Source of the DNA: Spirochaetia bacterium
GTDB lineage: Bacteria > Spirochaetota > Spirochaetia > CADAEX01
Direction of reading: 5' to 3'
Length of the DNA stretch: 64,000 nucleotides
Assembly (NCBI GenBank): GCA_963662795.1
Contig: OY759746.1
Coordinates: 3,680,001-3,744,000 of the forward strand
Below are positions 39,751 through 50,231 of the stretch, piece by piece. A program made the position numbers and the translations under genes. The notes below the pieces were generated by a model, which was not told where the DNA came from, did not search any database, and saw only the letters and a list, made by a program, of their open reading frames with translations. Position 1 is the stretch's first letter; every line of letters begins with the position of its first letter.

Positions 39751-41550
39751 TCAACTGAGCTCGGCCCTTATTCTCCTTACTCCGGCAGATGATGACTGCT
39801 CTTTGGTAATTCTGAATTTTCCAAGCTCGCCGGTATTTTTAACATGCGGCCCTCCGCAGACTTCCTTGGAGAAACTGTCTATGGTGTAAACCTTTACCGT
39901 CTCTTCATATTTGTCGCTGAAAAACGCAAACGCGCCCGCATCCCTTGCCGCTGCAAGGCTCATCACTTCCATTGTTACCGGATAATCAGCTTCTATCTGT
40001 TTATTTACAATATCCTCTACCTTTTTTATCTCTTCGGGACTCATTGGAGAAGGGTGTGAAAAATCAAATCTGAGCCTTTCAGCTGTGATATTTGATCCTT
40101 TCTGCCGGACATGCTCCCCCAGAACTATCCGCAGTGCCTTGTGAAGAAGGTGGGTTGCTGTATGATATCTTGTTGTTATTTCCGAATGGTCCGCAAGGCC
40201 TCCCTTGAAAACCTTGTCTGCTCCCTGTTTTGATAGTTCCTGGTGCTTCCTGAACGCCTCATCAAATCCCTTTCTGTCTACTGTAAGACCGTGTTCTGAT
40301 GCGAGTTCCTGGGTAATTTCAACCGGAAATCCATATGTATCGTACAGTTTAAAAGCAAGCCTGCCCGGAATAATTTTCGCATTTCCCTTAAGAAGATTGG
40401 GAAGCATCTTTTCAAACTCACCCTCTCCCTTGACAAGAGCTGCTGTAAAACGCTCTTCCTCAAGTTCAAGTTCCCTGATGATTAAATCCCTGTTCTTAAG
40501 GAGTTCAGGATATACGTCCCTGTACATATCAATTACAACATCAGCGGGAGAAGAAAGGAACATTCCGTTTATACCGAGTTTTCTTCCATGCCTTATCGCA
40601 CGCCTTATTATACGCCTCAGAATATATCCCTGTCCGAGGTTTGAAGGCTTAACCCCTCTTTCATCTCCAAGGATAAAAACAGATGTTTTCACATGGTCTG
40701 AAATAATTCTCATGGAAACATCCTTTCCGGAGGATGTGTCTGATCCGTATTCATAACCTGTAATATCTTCAAGATTTTTTATTATCGGAACAAAGAATTC
40801 CGTATCATATACAGATTTTTTCCCTTCAAGCATTGCTATTGTTCTTTCAACGCCCATCCCTGTATCAACGCATTTTCTCTTCATCAGCTCATAAGAGCCG
40901 TCATTTTTTTTGATATACTGCATGAATACATCGTTCCAGATCTCGACAAATTTTCCGCAGGAACACCCGGGTTTACAGTCAGGGCCGCATAACGGTTTTC
41001 CTGTGTCGATAAACATTTCCGAATCCGGTCCGCAGGGCCCGGTTTCCCCGGCAGGCCCCCACCAGTTGTCTTCCCGCGGCAGCATGTAAATGCGGTTTTC
41101 CGGTATGCCGATAGACCTCCAGATATTCTGTGCTTCAGTATCAGGAGGTACTCCGGTTCCCTCTTCCCCTTCAAATACAGTTACGGAAAGTGTATCCGGG
41201 TCAAGGCCGAGCCATTCCTTCGACATAAGGAATTCATAGCTCCAGGAGAGTGCATCCTTTTTAAAATAATCTCCCAGAGACCAGTTGCCGAGCATCTCGA
41301 AAAAGGTCAGATGAGTTGTATCGCCAACAGAGTCTATATCGCCTGTCCTTATGCATTTCTGATAATTTACCAGCCGTGTTCCTGCGGGATGGCTCTCGCC
41401 CAGAAGATACGGAACAAGAGGATGCATTCCGGCTGTTGTGAATAATACAGTAGGATCGTTTTCCGGGATCAGTGATTTCCCCGATATCTGCTTATGTCCT
41501 TTGCTGATAAAAAAATTGATGTATTTTTCCCGTAATTCTTTTCCTGTCAT
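39751..41550 (-). CDS. alaS: Alanine--tRNA ligase, short form lacking the C-Ala domain
   Basis: DPTVLFTTAGM, HLTFFEMLGNWS, GPCGPDSE, VDTGMGVER; editing motifs HTATH and CGGPH; ends at SAGVRRI. Confidence 0.97.
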   Translation of the reverse strand: MTGKELREKYINFFISKGHKQISGKSLIPENDPTVLFTTAGMHPLVPYLLGESHPAGTRLVNYQKCIRTGDIDSVGDTTHLTFFEMLGNWSLGDYFKKDALSWSYEFLMSKEWLGLDPDTLSVTVFEGEEGTGVPPDTEAQNIWRSIGIPENRIYMLPREDNWWGPAGETGPCGPDSEMFIDTGKPLCGPDCKPGCSCGKFVEIWNDVFMQYIKKNDGSYELMKRKCVDTGMGVERTIAMLEGKKSVYDTEFFVPIIKNLEDITGYEYGSDTSSGKDVSMRIISDHVKTSVFILGDERGVKPSNLGQGYILRRIIRRAIRHGRKLGINGMFLSSPADVVIDMYRDVYPELLKNRDLIIRELELEEERFTAALVKGEGEFEKMLPNLLKGNAKIIPGRLAFKLYDTYGFPVEITQELASEHGLTVDRKGFDEAFRKHQELSKQGADKVFKGGLADHSEITTRYHTATHLLHKALRIVLGEHVRQKGSNITAERLRFDFSHPSPMSPEEIKKVEDIVNKQIEADYPVTMEVMSLAAARDAGAFAFFSDKYEETVKVYTIDSFSKEVCGGPHVKNTGELGKFRITKEQSSSAGVRRIRAELS

Positions 41551-41557
41551 AGTGGAG

Positions 41558-41587
41558 ATATTATTGTTTGAGTTGTTGCTTTGTCAA
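41558..41587 (-). promoter_or_regulatory. Sigma70 promoter of alaS (probably leaderless)
   Basis: TTGACA-N18-TAATAT-N7-ATG on the minus strand; no SD. Confidence 0.5.
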
Positions 41588-41626
41588 GCGCTGAGAGAAA
41601 AACTGTTGCTTATGGATTATTACATC

Positions 41627-43006
41627 CTAGACCATTATGTCACCCGACCGGTTGATGACAATCAGCCCTTCCTTCTCGGCCTGCCTTAAGTAATCTACAA
41701 ATTCCCTTGTCGCAATATTGACTTCGGATTTTCTCATAATGCCGAGATAGTCTGATTCCTGCTTTACAATATCCCGTCTTGTCTGGGAAAGGCAGGAGAG
41801 TATTTTCTTTTTAATTTCACTGCCCCTGCCTTTAAGCACAACAGCAATTTCCCTGTCGCTGAAACTGGCAAGCACTTTCTGAAGATATAAATCAGATATT
41901 CCAAAAATAATTTCCAATGTATTTACCTGTTCAGTTATTTCACGCGAAAGATCAGGGTCTGATTCGGAAATATCTTTAAGAATAATCTCCTCATCGCGAA
42001 GATCCATGAATTTAAGGATATTGGCGAGTTTATTTCTCCCGTCAATCCTCTGTGTAACAATATGCCCCTGAAGCCGCACCTTCTCTTTTATCACCTGCTC
42101 CATTTTTTCAAATATTTCCCGTCTTATTTTACTGCCTGCCGCCATACGCAGCATTATCTGCTTCTGTTCATCAGCCGTATACTCTTTAAGAAGGGAGGCG
42201 CTTTTGTCAGGATCGAGGTAATTCATTACAAGCGATATCATTGTAAGGGGTTCATCCTTAAGCGCAAGTTTTATCTGGAGCGGTTCAATATCCTGAAGGA
42301 ATTCAAACGGTTTTTCCCTTGTCTCAGGTAAGGCTCTGGTCAGTAATTCTTCCCCTTTACTGCTGCCGAATGCCGTATACAGCATATTCCTGGCTGTTTC
42401 AACACCGCCTGAAAATGTATCTGAAAGTTCTTTTTTCCTGTGCACTTCCTTAAGCAGGTGATAAGCCTCATCTTTATCAATATGCTTGATTCTGATCATC
42501 TCGGAAGCAATTTTTTCAATTTCATCCGGTTTGAAAAGTTTTAAAACTGCAGCGGCCTCATCCTTTCCAAGGAGAAGAAGAACTTTAGCTGTTTTATCAT
42601 ACCCCTTTGAAGTTTTTTTGCCTTCAGCGGATCTTCCGTACAGGGAAGAATCTGCAGTTTCATCAGAAGCAGATCTTTCAGAAGCGGTGCTTTTTTCAGC
42701 AATACGTATGTCAGTTCCGTGGCGGTCGGATTTACCGGGAGCCCCCTTTCTCCCGTCCTGCTTATCCTCTTCAGTTTCTTTAATAAAGTAATCATTTTTA
42801 AAAGAACGGCTGTTTTTAAAATCCTGACCCCTTTTTCCAGCGCCGCCTGATTTTCCGGATTTTATCCGGTCGGATTCTTCCCTGTCTGACTCAAAGCTTT
42901 CAAATATATACTTTTCAACATTTTTACGTGTTTCTTCTTCTTTATCAGGTTTATCCGGTTTGGAAGCTCTTCTGTATGCGTCAAGCGCTTTCTTTATATC
43001 AGACAT
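41627..43006 (-). CDS. fliG: FliG paralog (FliG1-like) with a long charged N-terminal extension
   Basis: KTAKVLLLLGKDEAAAVLK, GGVETARNML, PFEFL, KDEP, DGR..LANIL, REIAVVLKG: FliG N/M/C motifs; not in a flagellar operon. Confidence 0.85.
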   Translation of the reverse strand: MSDIKKALDAYRRASKPDKPDKEEETRKNVEKYIFESFESDREESDRIKSGKSGGAGKRGQDFKNSRSFKNDYFIKETEEDKQDGRKGAPGKSDRHGTDIRIAEKSTASERSASDETADSSLYGRSAEGKKTSKGYDKTAKVLLLLGKDEAAAVLKLFKPDEIEKIASEMIRIKHIDKDEAYHLLKEVHRKKELSDTFSGGVETARNMLYTAFGSSKGEELLTRALPETREKPFEFLQDIEPLQIKLALKDEPLTMISLVMNYLDPDKSASLLKEYTADEQKQIMLRMAAGSKIRREIFEKMEQVIKEKVRLQGHIVTQRIDGRNKLANILKFMDLRDEEIILKDISESDPDLSREITEQVNTLEIIFGISDLYLQKVLASFSDREIAVVLKGRGSEIKKKILSCLSQTRRDIVKQESDYLGIMRKSEVNIATREFVDYLRQAEKEGLIVINRSGDIMV

Positions 43007-43024
43007 CTGTTTTTATCAGCCCTG

Positions 43025-45457
43025 TTATTCAAGACCGAGTTCCTCCATCGTATACGGCATAAGGTACAAAGGTTCATCCTGTTTATAATAATCTGTTTTT
43101 TTAAGGAAATCAAATAATGCTTTAATTGCCTCAGGGGAGTTCTCCTCTGTTTTATTTTTTGATATCCCCATAAAATCGCTGAATGAAAATATGGATCTTC
43201 CCGGAATAATTTCAATAATCCGGGCTTCCTTTCCGTTAAAACTTGTTTTTTCAAGGTATGAAACCGCATCAGTTATTCCTCCAAGCTGATCAACAAGCGA
43301 TTTATCCTTTGCCTGTGTTCCGGTCCAGACCCTGCCTTTGGCTGATTCCTCGACTTTTCCCTTATCAAGGGCCCGTCCTTCCGCAACAATACTTACAAAC
43401 TGGCTGTAGCTGTCTGCTATAAAGGAGCGGATTTTATCAATTTCCTCATTCGACAGCGGCCTTGTGATATTACCGAAATCCCCGCTTTCTGATTTTTTTA
43501 CAGTTTCGCTTTTAATATCAAGCTTCTCAAGCAGCCCTGAAATATCGGGGAAAAGGGCAATTACACCTATGGAACCTGTAATTGAAACTGATTCTGCAAA
43601 TATCTGCTGTGAAGGAGCTGCAATATAATAACCGCCTGATGCCGCAGCGCCCCCCATTGATACTACAACAGGTTTCGGATCTTCCCCTTCCCTGCAAAGG
43701 GCTACTTCCCTCGCAATAAGGTCTGAGGCAAGGGCGCTTCCTCCGCCTGAATTAATTCTCAGGATTATACCACGCACAAGAGGATTTAACCTTGCTGATT
43801 TAATGGCTGCTGCGATGCTGTCTGAACCTGCGTTTTCACCCCTTATTCCGCTGCCTGTTACTATATTCCCGGTAACATATATAACAGCAACTGACGGCTT
43901 GATAAAATATTCCCAGTCAGTCAGAGCTTTTTCCGGAAAGACTGAATATCTGCTTACAGCATATTTATTGGCCTTCATCCATTTATCAAGTTCATCATTA
44001 TAAAAGAGTTTATCTACAAGACCTGCAGCAAGAGCCTTTGATGAAGAAAGATAAGGCCCGTCACCTATTATCCTGCTGATTGTACTTTCGGAACTGCCGG
44101 ATGAAGAGATGTTTTTAAGTTTATTGCCTCTTCCCTGTACAATCATTTTTTCAAGTTCATCCTGAAGAGATGTATAAAGGCTCCTTAGCGCTTCTTTTTC
44201 TTCATCAGTCATCCCCGGTTCTGTATATCTGTTGTATGCTGTTTTATATTCATGGCTCCGGAAATTATAGAATTTGACGCCGAACCTTTCTAAAAAATCC
44301 TTTAAATATAAACCGGTTTTTGAAAATCCTTTAAGATATAAAATTCCCTGATGGGTGAGAAATATCCCGTCAGCCACAGATGCGGCAAGGGCGTACTGGA
44401 CAGAGGAAACTGTTTCAAAATAGAAATATATCTTTTTCCCTGAAGCCTTTACTTCCTTCAGGGCACGGGAAATTTCCATGATATTTGCAAAGGAAGTGAT
44501 AAACTGCTGGTCCCTGAATATTACTGCGTCAATATCCGGATCCTCTTTTATTTTTTCCATATCAGAGAGAAACTCAAACAATGATATTTCTCCTTTGCTT
44601 CTGTCGGTAACTATTTTACGGATTGAAAGCCAGTCACGCGGAAAATCGCTGATTACCCCTGCCCTGTCATATTCTATCATTACCTTTACAGGCATAGGCA
44701 AAGCGCTTCTCATCCTTTTCCCGGATGCAAACAGTGAATAGTTTCCATTTCCAAAGGAATTGCCGCCTGAAACCTCTGAGTTAACAGATGTAGAAAGAAA
44801 TTGGGTTGAAAAAGTTATGCCGGCACTGAAAATCTCTTCATCATGATTAAACTCTCCCTTAAGCAGCACGCCGTCAAGCGGTTCAAGGGAAACGCCTGAC
44901 GAAAAAGGGCTGAAAATATCCGACACTTCAGTGTCAAGGTAAAAAGTAAGACGGCTCATCCAGTAGGGGCTTGAGGCAAGAGGCCTTATGCCGGCGCCGA
45001 GTGTGATGTCGGAGAGCGGTCCCGTAACATCGGCGGTTTTTGCCCCGAAAGAAAATACAGGCAGGGGCCTTAAAAGCGCCGAGAGACCGAAATCCGGATC
45101 AGAGAAACCTCCGTCCCTCCATCTGACAGCTCCTCCCCAGTAAACACCCTCATCGGCTTTCAGGGCTAAGGCGATATTGTGGTAAAAATCCCCGGCAAGG
45201 GAGTCAAATCCGTATGAAAGATGGTTCGAATTAAAATAGAGTGAGTAAGTATCAAGTAGCCCCTCATTCTCTTCAAATTCCTGATAAAACGCAATTCCTG
45301 AAGCGTTCCCCGCCGCAATGGCTGCCGGGTTAACCATGGGAGCAAAGCCGTTGTCTGTTACTGCAATTCCGTTATTCTGCGCATAAATTATCTGCACCTG
45401 AAGCACTGCAGCCAAAACAAGGAAAATCTGAAAGTATCGCAACACTGTTTTTTTCAT
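43025..45457 (-). CDS. sppA: Signal peptide peptidase SppA (protease IV) with an extra N-terminal beta-rich domain
   Basis: Two S49 domains: YALAAS, EYKTA; RINSGGGS, VSMGGAAASGGYYI, TGSIGV, GRVWTG. Confidence 0.9.
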   Translation of the reverse strand: MKKTVLRYFQIFLVLAAVLQVQIIYAQNNGIAVTDNGFAPMVNPAAIAAGNASGIAFYQEFEENEGLLDTYSLYFNSNHLSYGFDSLAGDFYHNIALALKADEGVYWGGAVRWRDGGFSDPDFGLSALLRPLPVFSFGAKTADVTGPLSDITLGAGIRPLASSPYWMSRLTFYLDTEVSDIFSPFSSGVSLEPLDGVLLKGEFNHDEEIFSAGITFSTQFLSTSVNSEVSGGNSFGNGNYSLFASGKRMRSALPMPVKVMIEYDRAGVISDFPRDWLSIRKIVTDRSKGEISLFEFLSDMEKIKEDPDIDAVIFRDQQFITSFANIMEISRALKEVKASGKKIYFYFETVSSVQYALAASVADGIFLTHQGILYLKGFSKTGLYLKDFLERFGVKFYNFRSHEYKTAYNRYTEPGMTDEEKEALRSLYTSLQDELEKMIVQGRGNKLKNISSSGSSESTISRIIGDGPYLSSSKALAAGLVDKLFYNDELDKWMKANKYAVSRYSVFPEKALTDWEYFIKPSVAVIYVTGNIVTGSGIRGENAGSDSIAAAIKSARLNPLVRGIILRINSGGGSALASDLIAREVALCREGEDPKPVVVSMGGAAASGGYYIAAPSQQIFAESVSITGSIGVIALFPDISGLLEKLDIKSETVKKSESGDFGNITRPLSNEEIDKIRSFIADSYSQFVSIVAEGRALDKGKVEESAKGRVWTGTQAKDKSLVDQLGGITDAVSYLEKTSFNGKEARIIEIIPGRSIFSFSDFMGISKNKTEENSPEAIKALFDFLKKTDYYKQDEPLYLMPYTMEELGLE

Positions 45458-45472
45458 AAAAAATATAACCTC

Positions 45473-46300
45473 TTAATAGCTTAACCTAAAGCTGAAACTG
45501 CCGGGTCCTGAAGGATAAATGAGAAGATCAGCATTCTCCGCATTTCCATCCCTGACTTCATGAATTGCGGGAATGAAAATGCCTATGAATGTCCCCCATG
45601 CAGCGCCTGCAATAACATCGGTCGGGAAATGCTGTCCTGCCGCTATCCGCAGTGCCCCGACTGCTGCAGCGCTGCTGTAGGACGCAATAGAGACAAAATA
45701 TTTACCTGCCCCTTCCGGGTGTGTTTTACCGTAAACCGTGCTTAAAAAAGCTGCAGCTGAAAACGCCGAGGAAGTATGGCCCGAGAAGAAAGACTGCATT
45801 GATTCGCTGCTGCTTTCAGATACATCTTCAGCGCCGCTCGCGTAATTGTAGGGTCTGAATCTGGGAAAAGTACTTTTTACAAGCTCTTTAAAACTGTGGG
45901 AAAGCAGCATGGTTTCCCCGTACATAACAAGATAAACAGTAGTATCAGAAAGGCTTTCATCAAGAGTAAGAAGAAGGGGCGATAAAATAACAGCGCCCAA
46001 TGCAAAATCGCTGATATCTGAAATTGTTTTTGAATAAGATGAAACTGCCCATCTGTCAAAAATATTAATATCCTTTTTGTCAAAATTTTCATATCCGTAT
46101 TCAGAAGCAGTTTCTGCCGGGAAAAACTCTTGTACAAAAAGGTTCGTCCCCAGCATTGCGGCCCCTGAAGCAACCAGAACAGTTTCACGGAACATATCGA
46201 TTTCATATACACCCGGTGTATTGCCTTCCGCATTGATTTTTTCCGTAAACAAAAAAGAAATTGTGAATAACAAGGTAAAAGTCAATATATATCTACGCAT
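45473..46300 (-). CDS. PAP2-family phosphatase
   Basis: K...RFRP, SFFSGH and R.AAGQHFPTDV motifs. Confidence 0.9.
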   Translation of the reverse strand: MRRYILTFTLLFTISFLFTEKINAEGNTPGVYEIDMFRETVLVASGAAMLGTNLFVQEFFPAETASEYGYENFDKKDINIFDRWAVSSYSKTISDISDFALGAVILSPLLLTLDESLSDTTVYLVMYGETMLLSHSFKELVKSTFPRFRPYNYASGAEDVSESSSESMQSFFSGHTSSAFSAAAFLSTVYGKTHPEGAGKYFVSIASYSSAAAVGALRIAAGQHFPTDVIAGAAWGTFIGIFIPAIHEVRDGNAENADLLIYPSGPGSFSFRLSY

Positions 46301-46485
46301 AATCCTGTTTCCTGTATTTTTGAAACTATCATTTTATCGTTGAAATACGATTATAATAATAGCTGCATTTCAACCGTATTTCAAAAAAAACGTGAATAAC
46401 CTGCTTTAAATATAGTAATAATTCTGCATATAGGTTATAAAAGATTATTAATCATAACATAAATAATACTCAGAGGTTGGTACAA

Positions 46486-47709
46486 ATGATAAAAATTAAT
46501 GATAATTACAAAAAACTTCAGGCATCCTATCTTTTTTCTGATATAGCAAGAAAAGTGGCGGAATATCAGAAAAATAATCCTTCAAAAGAAATAATCAAAA
46601 TGGGAATAGGCGATGTCACCCGCCCTCTGCCGAAAGTATGTGTCGAAGCCATGCACAAAGCTGTTGACGATCTTACGAGGACAGATACTTTCCATGGATA
46701 CGGGCCGGAACAGGGCTACGAATTCTTAAGAGAACCGATAGCTGAGTTTGATTTTAAAAGCAGGGGCGCGGATATTTCCGCCGATGAGATATTTATCAGT
46801 GATGGAGCCAAATGCGATACCGGCAATATCCAGGAAATCTTTTCGGATGATTCAATAATAGCGCTGCCCGACCCGGTTTATCCTGTATATTCAGATACCA
46901 ATGTCATGTCTGGCAGAAGCGGAAATTTCAAAAACGGAAGATATGAAAATTTCATCTATCTTGATTCAACTGATGAAAACAATTTTATGCCGGACCTTCC
47001 GTCAAAAAGACCGGACGTAATATATTTATGCTTCCCCAACAACCCTACCGGAGCTACTGCGACAAAGGAACAGCTTAAAAAATGGGTTGATTACGCCAGG
47101 GAAAACAAATCCCTGATCCTTTTTGATGCAGCCTATGAATCATTTGTAAGGGATGAATCGCTGCCGAAATCCATTTTTGAGATTGAAGGAGCGCGCGAGG
47201 TTGCAATAGAGTTCAGAAGCTTTTCCAAAACTGCCGGTTTTACAGGTGTAAGATGCGCCTATATCGCGATACCGAAAGAATGCAGGGGCTGGGACAGGGA
47301 AGGAAATATTCATTCAATGCACACATTGTGGAACAGGCGTCATAACACAAAATTCAATGGGGCCTCCTATCCGGTTCAAAAAGCAGCAGCTGCAGTCTTC
47401 ACTGCAGAAGGTCAGAAGGAAATAAGGGAGATAACTGATTATTATCTTGGAAACGCAAATCTTGTTCGGGAATCAATGATAAAACTCGGATACAAGTGCA
47501 CGGGCGGAGTCAACTCACCTTACATATGGGTAAAAACAGGAACTTCATCCTGGGATTTTTTTGATTCCCTGCTAAGCCGGGCCGGAGTTGTCTGTACTCC
47601 TGGATCAGGATTCGGGGTATGCGGCGAAGGATATATAAGATTCAGCGCTTTCAATACAAGGGAAAACACAGAAAAGGCTATGGAAAGAATCGCAAAATAC
47701 ATGAAATAG
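46486..47709 (+). CDS. dapL: LL-diaminopimelate aminotransferase
   Basis: [57 protein letters not shown]. Confidence 0.96.
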   Translation: MIKINDNYKKLQASYLFSDIARKVAEYQKNNPSKEIIKMGIGDVTRPLPKVCVEAMHKAVDDLTRTDTFHGYGPEQGYEFLREPIAEFDFKSRGADISADEIFISDGAKCDTGNIQEIFSDDSIIALPDPVYPVYSDTNVMSGRSGNFKNGRYENFIYLDSTDENNFMPDLPSKRPDVIYLCFPNNPTGATATKEQLKKWVDYARENKSLILFDAAYESFVRDESLPKSIFEIEGAREVAIEFRSFSKTAGFTGVRCAYIAIPKECRGWDREGNIHSMHTLWNRRHNTKFNGASYPVQKAAAAVFTAEGQKEIREITDYYLGNANLVRESMIKLGYKCTGGVNSPYIWVKTGTSSWDFFDSLLSRAGVVCTPGSGFGVCGEGYIRFSAFNTRENTEKAMERIAKYMK

Positions 47710-47733
47710 ATGTATGCAGATATTATATCAGGG

Positions 47734-48810
47734 TCAGGAAAGAAGCCTGATCCTGGTAAAAATATATTCAAGCGAATCGCTCTTGACTACTGCCTTGCAG
47801 TAGGAGCTGCTGCCCAGTCCCCTCAATACATTTTCAGGGTATGAATAATTTTTAACATTGCTGTTTTTATCAAACCAGTGAACAAGGGAGATATTCCTGT
47901 TTTTTATCTCTATTGCAGAAAGGCCCCTCTTTCCGATAACACTTCCTGAATTGAAAACAGTCGGTATAATTACAGCCTTGTTATATATACCGCTTCTTAA
48001 TCGGTATTCATGGTTTTCGCTTATAATAGTTTCAATTTCCTCTTTATATTTTTTTATTTCTTCCTCAATATTAATTCTTTTTTCATCAGAGGATGACGGA
48101 TAAAGACGCAGAAGATTTTCAATTTTAAACCGAAGAAGATCAATTTCTGAAAGAGATTCAAACAGGGGCCGGTGTGTATGCCCTATTATGGAAATAATTT
48201 TTCTCTCGCGCGAATATTCGTAGATGATTCTTTCGGTATTATTTATATTTGTATTATCATGCGATCTCGTAAAATTCTTAATCCCCAGCGGCTGCGCTAT
48301 GTACTTTAAAGCATATTTCATGAATCTGGGTGTCATCATATAGCGGACTGAAGCCTGATGCCCGTGAAAAACAAGTATGGAATTCCCCTCATGATTAAGC
48401 ACAAGAGATTCGAGGAGGTTGCTGTTTATATCTGTGTGCTCATGCCTGTAAAGGTCAGCATCGTGGTTTCCGGCTATTTTATAAAGTTTTCCTTTATCAG
48501 CAAAAGATGAAAATATCTCATACAGCTCCGGCCAGTTCTTTTTAACCTTTTTAAGCGGACGCCTTTGAAGCTCTTCAACATCTCCGTTAAGTATCATAGT
48601 GTAATTTTTTGCAAGGTAATATTTTTCAAGGATTGTTAAAAACATTGTTGAATTAGGAAGAAAATCATCCCTTCTTGTTTTACTTCCCACGTGAAGATCA
48701 CTGAATATAACTATCCTGCTATCAGAGGCGAGGGTTATTTCCGGGGCATTTCTGTATAGTGAATCAAGGTATTCTTTTATATAGAGCCTGACAGCATTTT
48801 TAATAAACAT
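47734..48810 (-). CDS. Calcineurin-like metallophosphoesterase
   Basis: SDLH, LNGD.EEL, GNHD, HGH, GHTH and FNSG motifs. Confidence 0.88.
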   Translation of the reverse strand: MFIKNAVRLYIKEYLDSLYRNAPEITLASDSRIVIFSDLHVGSKTRRDDFLPNSTMFLTILEKYYLAKNYTMILNGDVEELQRRPLKKVKKNWPELYEIFSSFADKGKLYKIAGNHDADLYRHEHTDINSNLLESLVLNHEGNSILVFHGHQASVRYMMTPRFMKYALKYIAQPLGIKNFTRSHDNTNINNTERIIYEYSRERKIISIIGHTHRPLFESLSEIDLLRFKIENLLRLYPSSSDEKRINIEEEIKKYKEEIETIISENHEYRLRSGIYNKAVIIPTVFNSGSVIGKRGLSAIEIKNRNISLVHWFDKNSNVKNYSYPENVLRGLGSSSYCKAVVKSDSLEYIFTRIRLLS

Positions 48811-49001
48811 TTATTCTCATTTAAAAAACAGAACATTTCCGGGAGGAAAAAAGGTGTTTATTATAATATATCAATGAATTCTGTTTTTAAAAAATTTTTT
48901 TGGTATCAGAAAGCCCTGGAATTATTACAGCCTGTAATTTAATTGACTATGTTGACATTAATGGGTTTAATGCTATTATTTTCCTTAAAAAAGGATTGAC
49001 T

Positions 49002-49880
49002 GTGAAACGAAAAAACATTTTGCTTATCACCATAGCGTTATTTATCCTGACTGGCGGATTGTATTTTGCCGCTGAACTCTACATAAAAGGAAAAGCAGAA
49101 AAAAAAATTGAAAGGCTGGTTTTAAAAGCTGATGAATATGTGAAAATTAAATACGGCAAGGTCACCTTCTGTCTTCTTAAAAATGACCTTGAAATATCGG
49201 ATTTGACTCTGACAATAGATAATGAGAATAAATTAACAGTTGAAAAAACCGTAATTAATAAATTTGATTCAAAATCGAAGATCCCGTCCTATCTTGATAT
49301 TTCACTGCAGGGAATTGATATTGTAACCGGTAAAAATGAATCTTATATAAACAGATTTTTCAGTTTTCTCGGATATAGGGACAAGATGCCTTTGAATTTA
49401 AAGCTTGATTACAAATACACTAAAGAAACCGGTATTTTTAATATAAATGCACTTGAAATATTTTCTGAAAACGCTGGAAAGCTCACATTTTCCTTCAATT
49501 TTTCCAATTTAACATTTGAAAATATCTCTTTTCTGGATGGACTTTTTTCTGAAGATAATCCTGTGCTGATAGAGGGTGCAACCGTAAAATTAACCGATAA
49601 TTCAATAACAGGGAAATCCCTGTATACAATTTCCCAGCTGATTAAAATGGACCTGACTGATTTTAAAAAACTACTGGATCTGCAGGTTGATTTTTATGTT
49701 AAACAGATAAACAGCAATATGAGCGCAGAATCAATAGCCAAAATTAAAACCTATATTGCAGAGCCTGATGAGATAGTTTTTATTGCGTCTCCGGCTGAGC
49801 CGGTTCCGCTTTATACATTCTACATCAACTATAACAAGCCTTTTAAGCTGCTGAATATCCTTGAATTTCAGGTCAAATAG
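49002..49880 (+). CDS. Membrane-anchored hypothetical protein (beta-rich, AsmA/YdgA-like appearance)
   Basis: GTG at 49002 after AAAGGA; upstream TTGACA-N16-TATTAT; single N-terminal TM; family assignment is tentative. Confidence 0.6.
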   Translation: MKRKNILLITIALFILTGGLYFAAELYIKGKAEKKIERLVLKADEYVKIKYGKVTFCLLKNDLEISDLTLTIDNENKLTVEKTVINKFDSKSKIPSYLDISLQGIDIVTGKNESYINRFFSFLGYRDKMPLNLKLDYKYTKETGIFNINALEIFSENAGKLTFSFNFSNLTFENISFLDGLFSEDNPVLIEGATVKLTDNSITGKSLYTISQLIKMDLTDFKKLLDLQVDFYVKQINSNMSAESIAKIKTYIAEPDEIVFIASPAEPVPLYTFYINYNKPFKLLNILEFQVK

Positions 49881-50231
49881 CATTGCCGCGGATAAAAGGC
49901 ATCAGGTCAATGAACAGTAAGTATTCAGGAATATACTGTATGGGGAATCCAGGCGCTCTACCGGAAACTTTTCAGGGACATACCGCTTATTCCAATCAGC
50001 TTGTGGAATCAAGCCTCGGCCATTATGTAACTCTTCTGTTCCGGTATTTTCATTCTGAAAGAAAAGGTAAGACTCTACGAGACTATTGCCCTCCCTCTTG
50101 TCCTTTTCTCCTGCGGAGTAAGGCAGATAAACCTCTCAAGGCCCGGGTTTTCCGTCTTTAACAGGGTTAACGGAGAAAAAAAGAAAGGATTACAAAATCA
50201 GTTAAAACAGATAAAAATTAAATATATCTTT

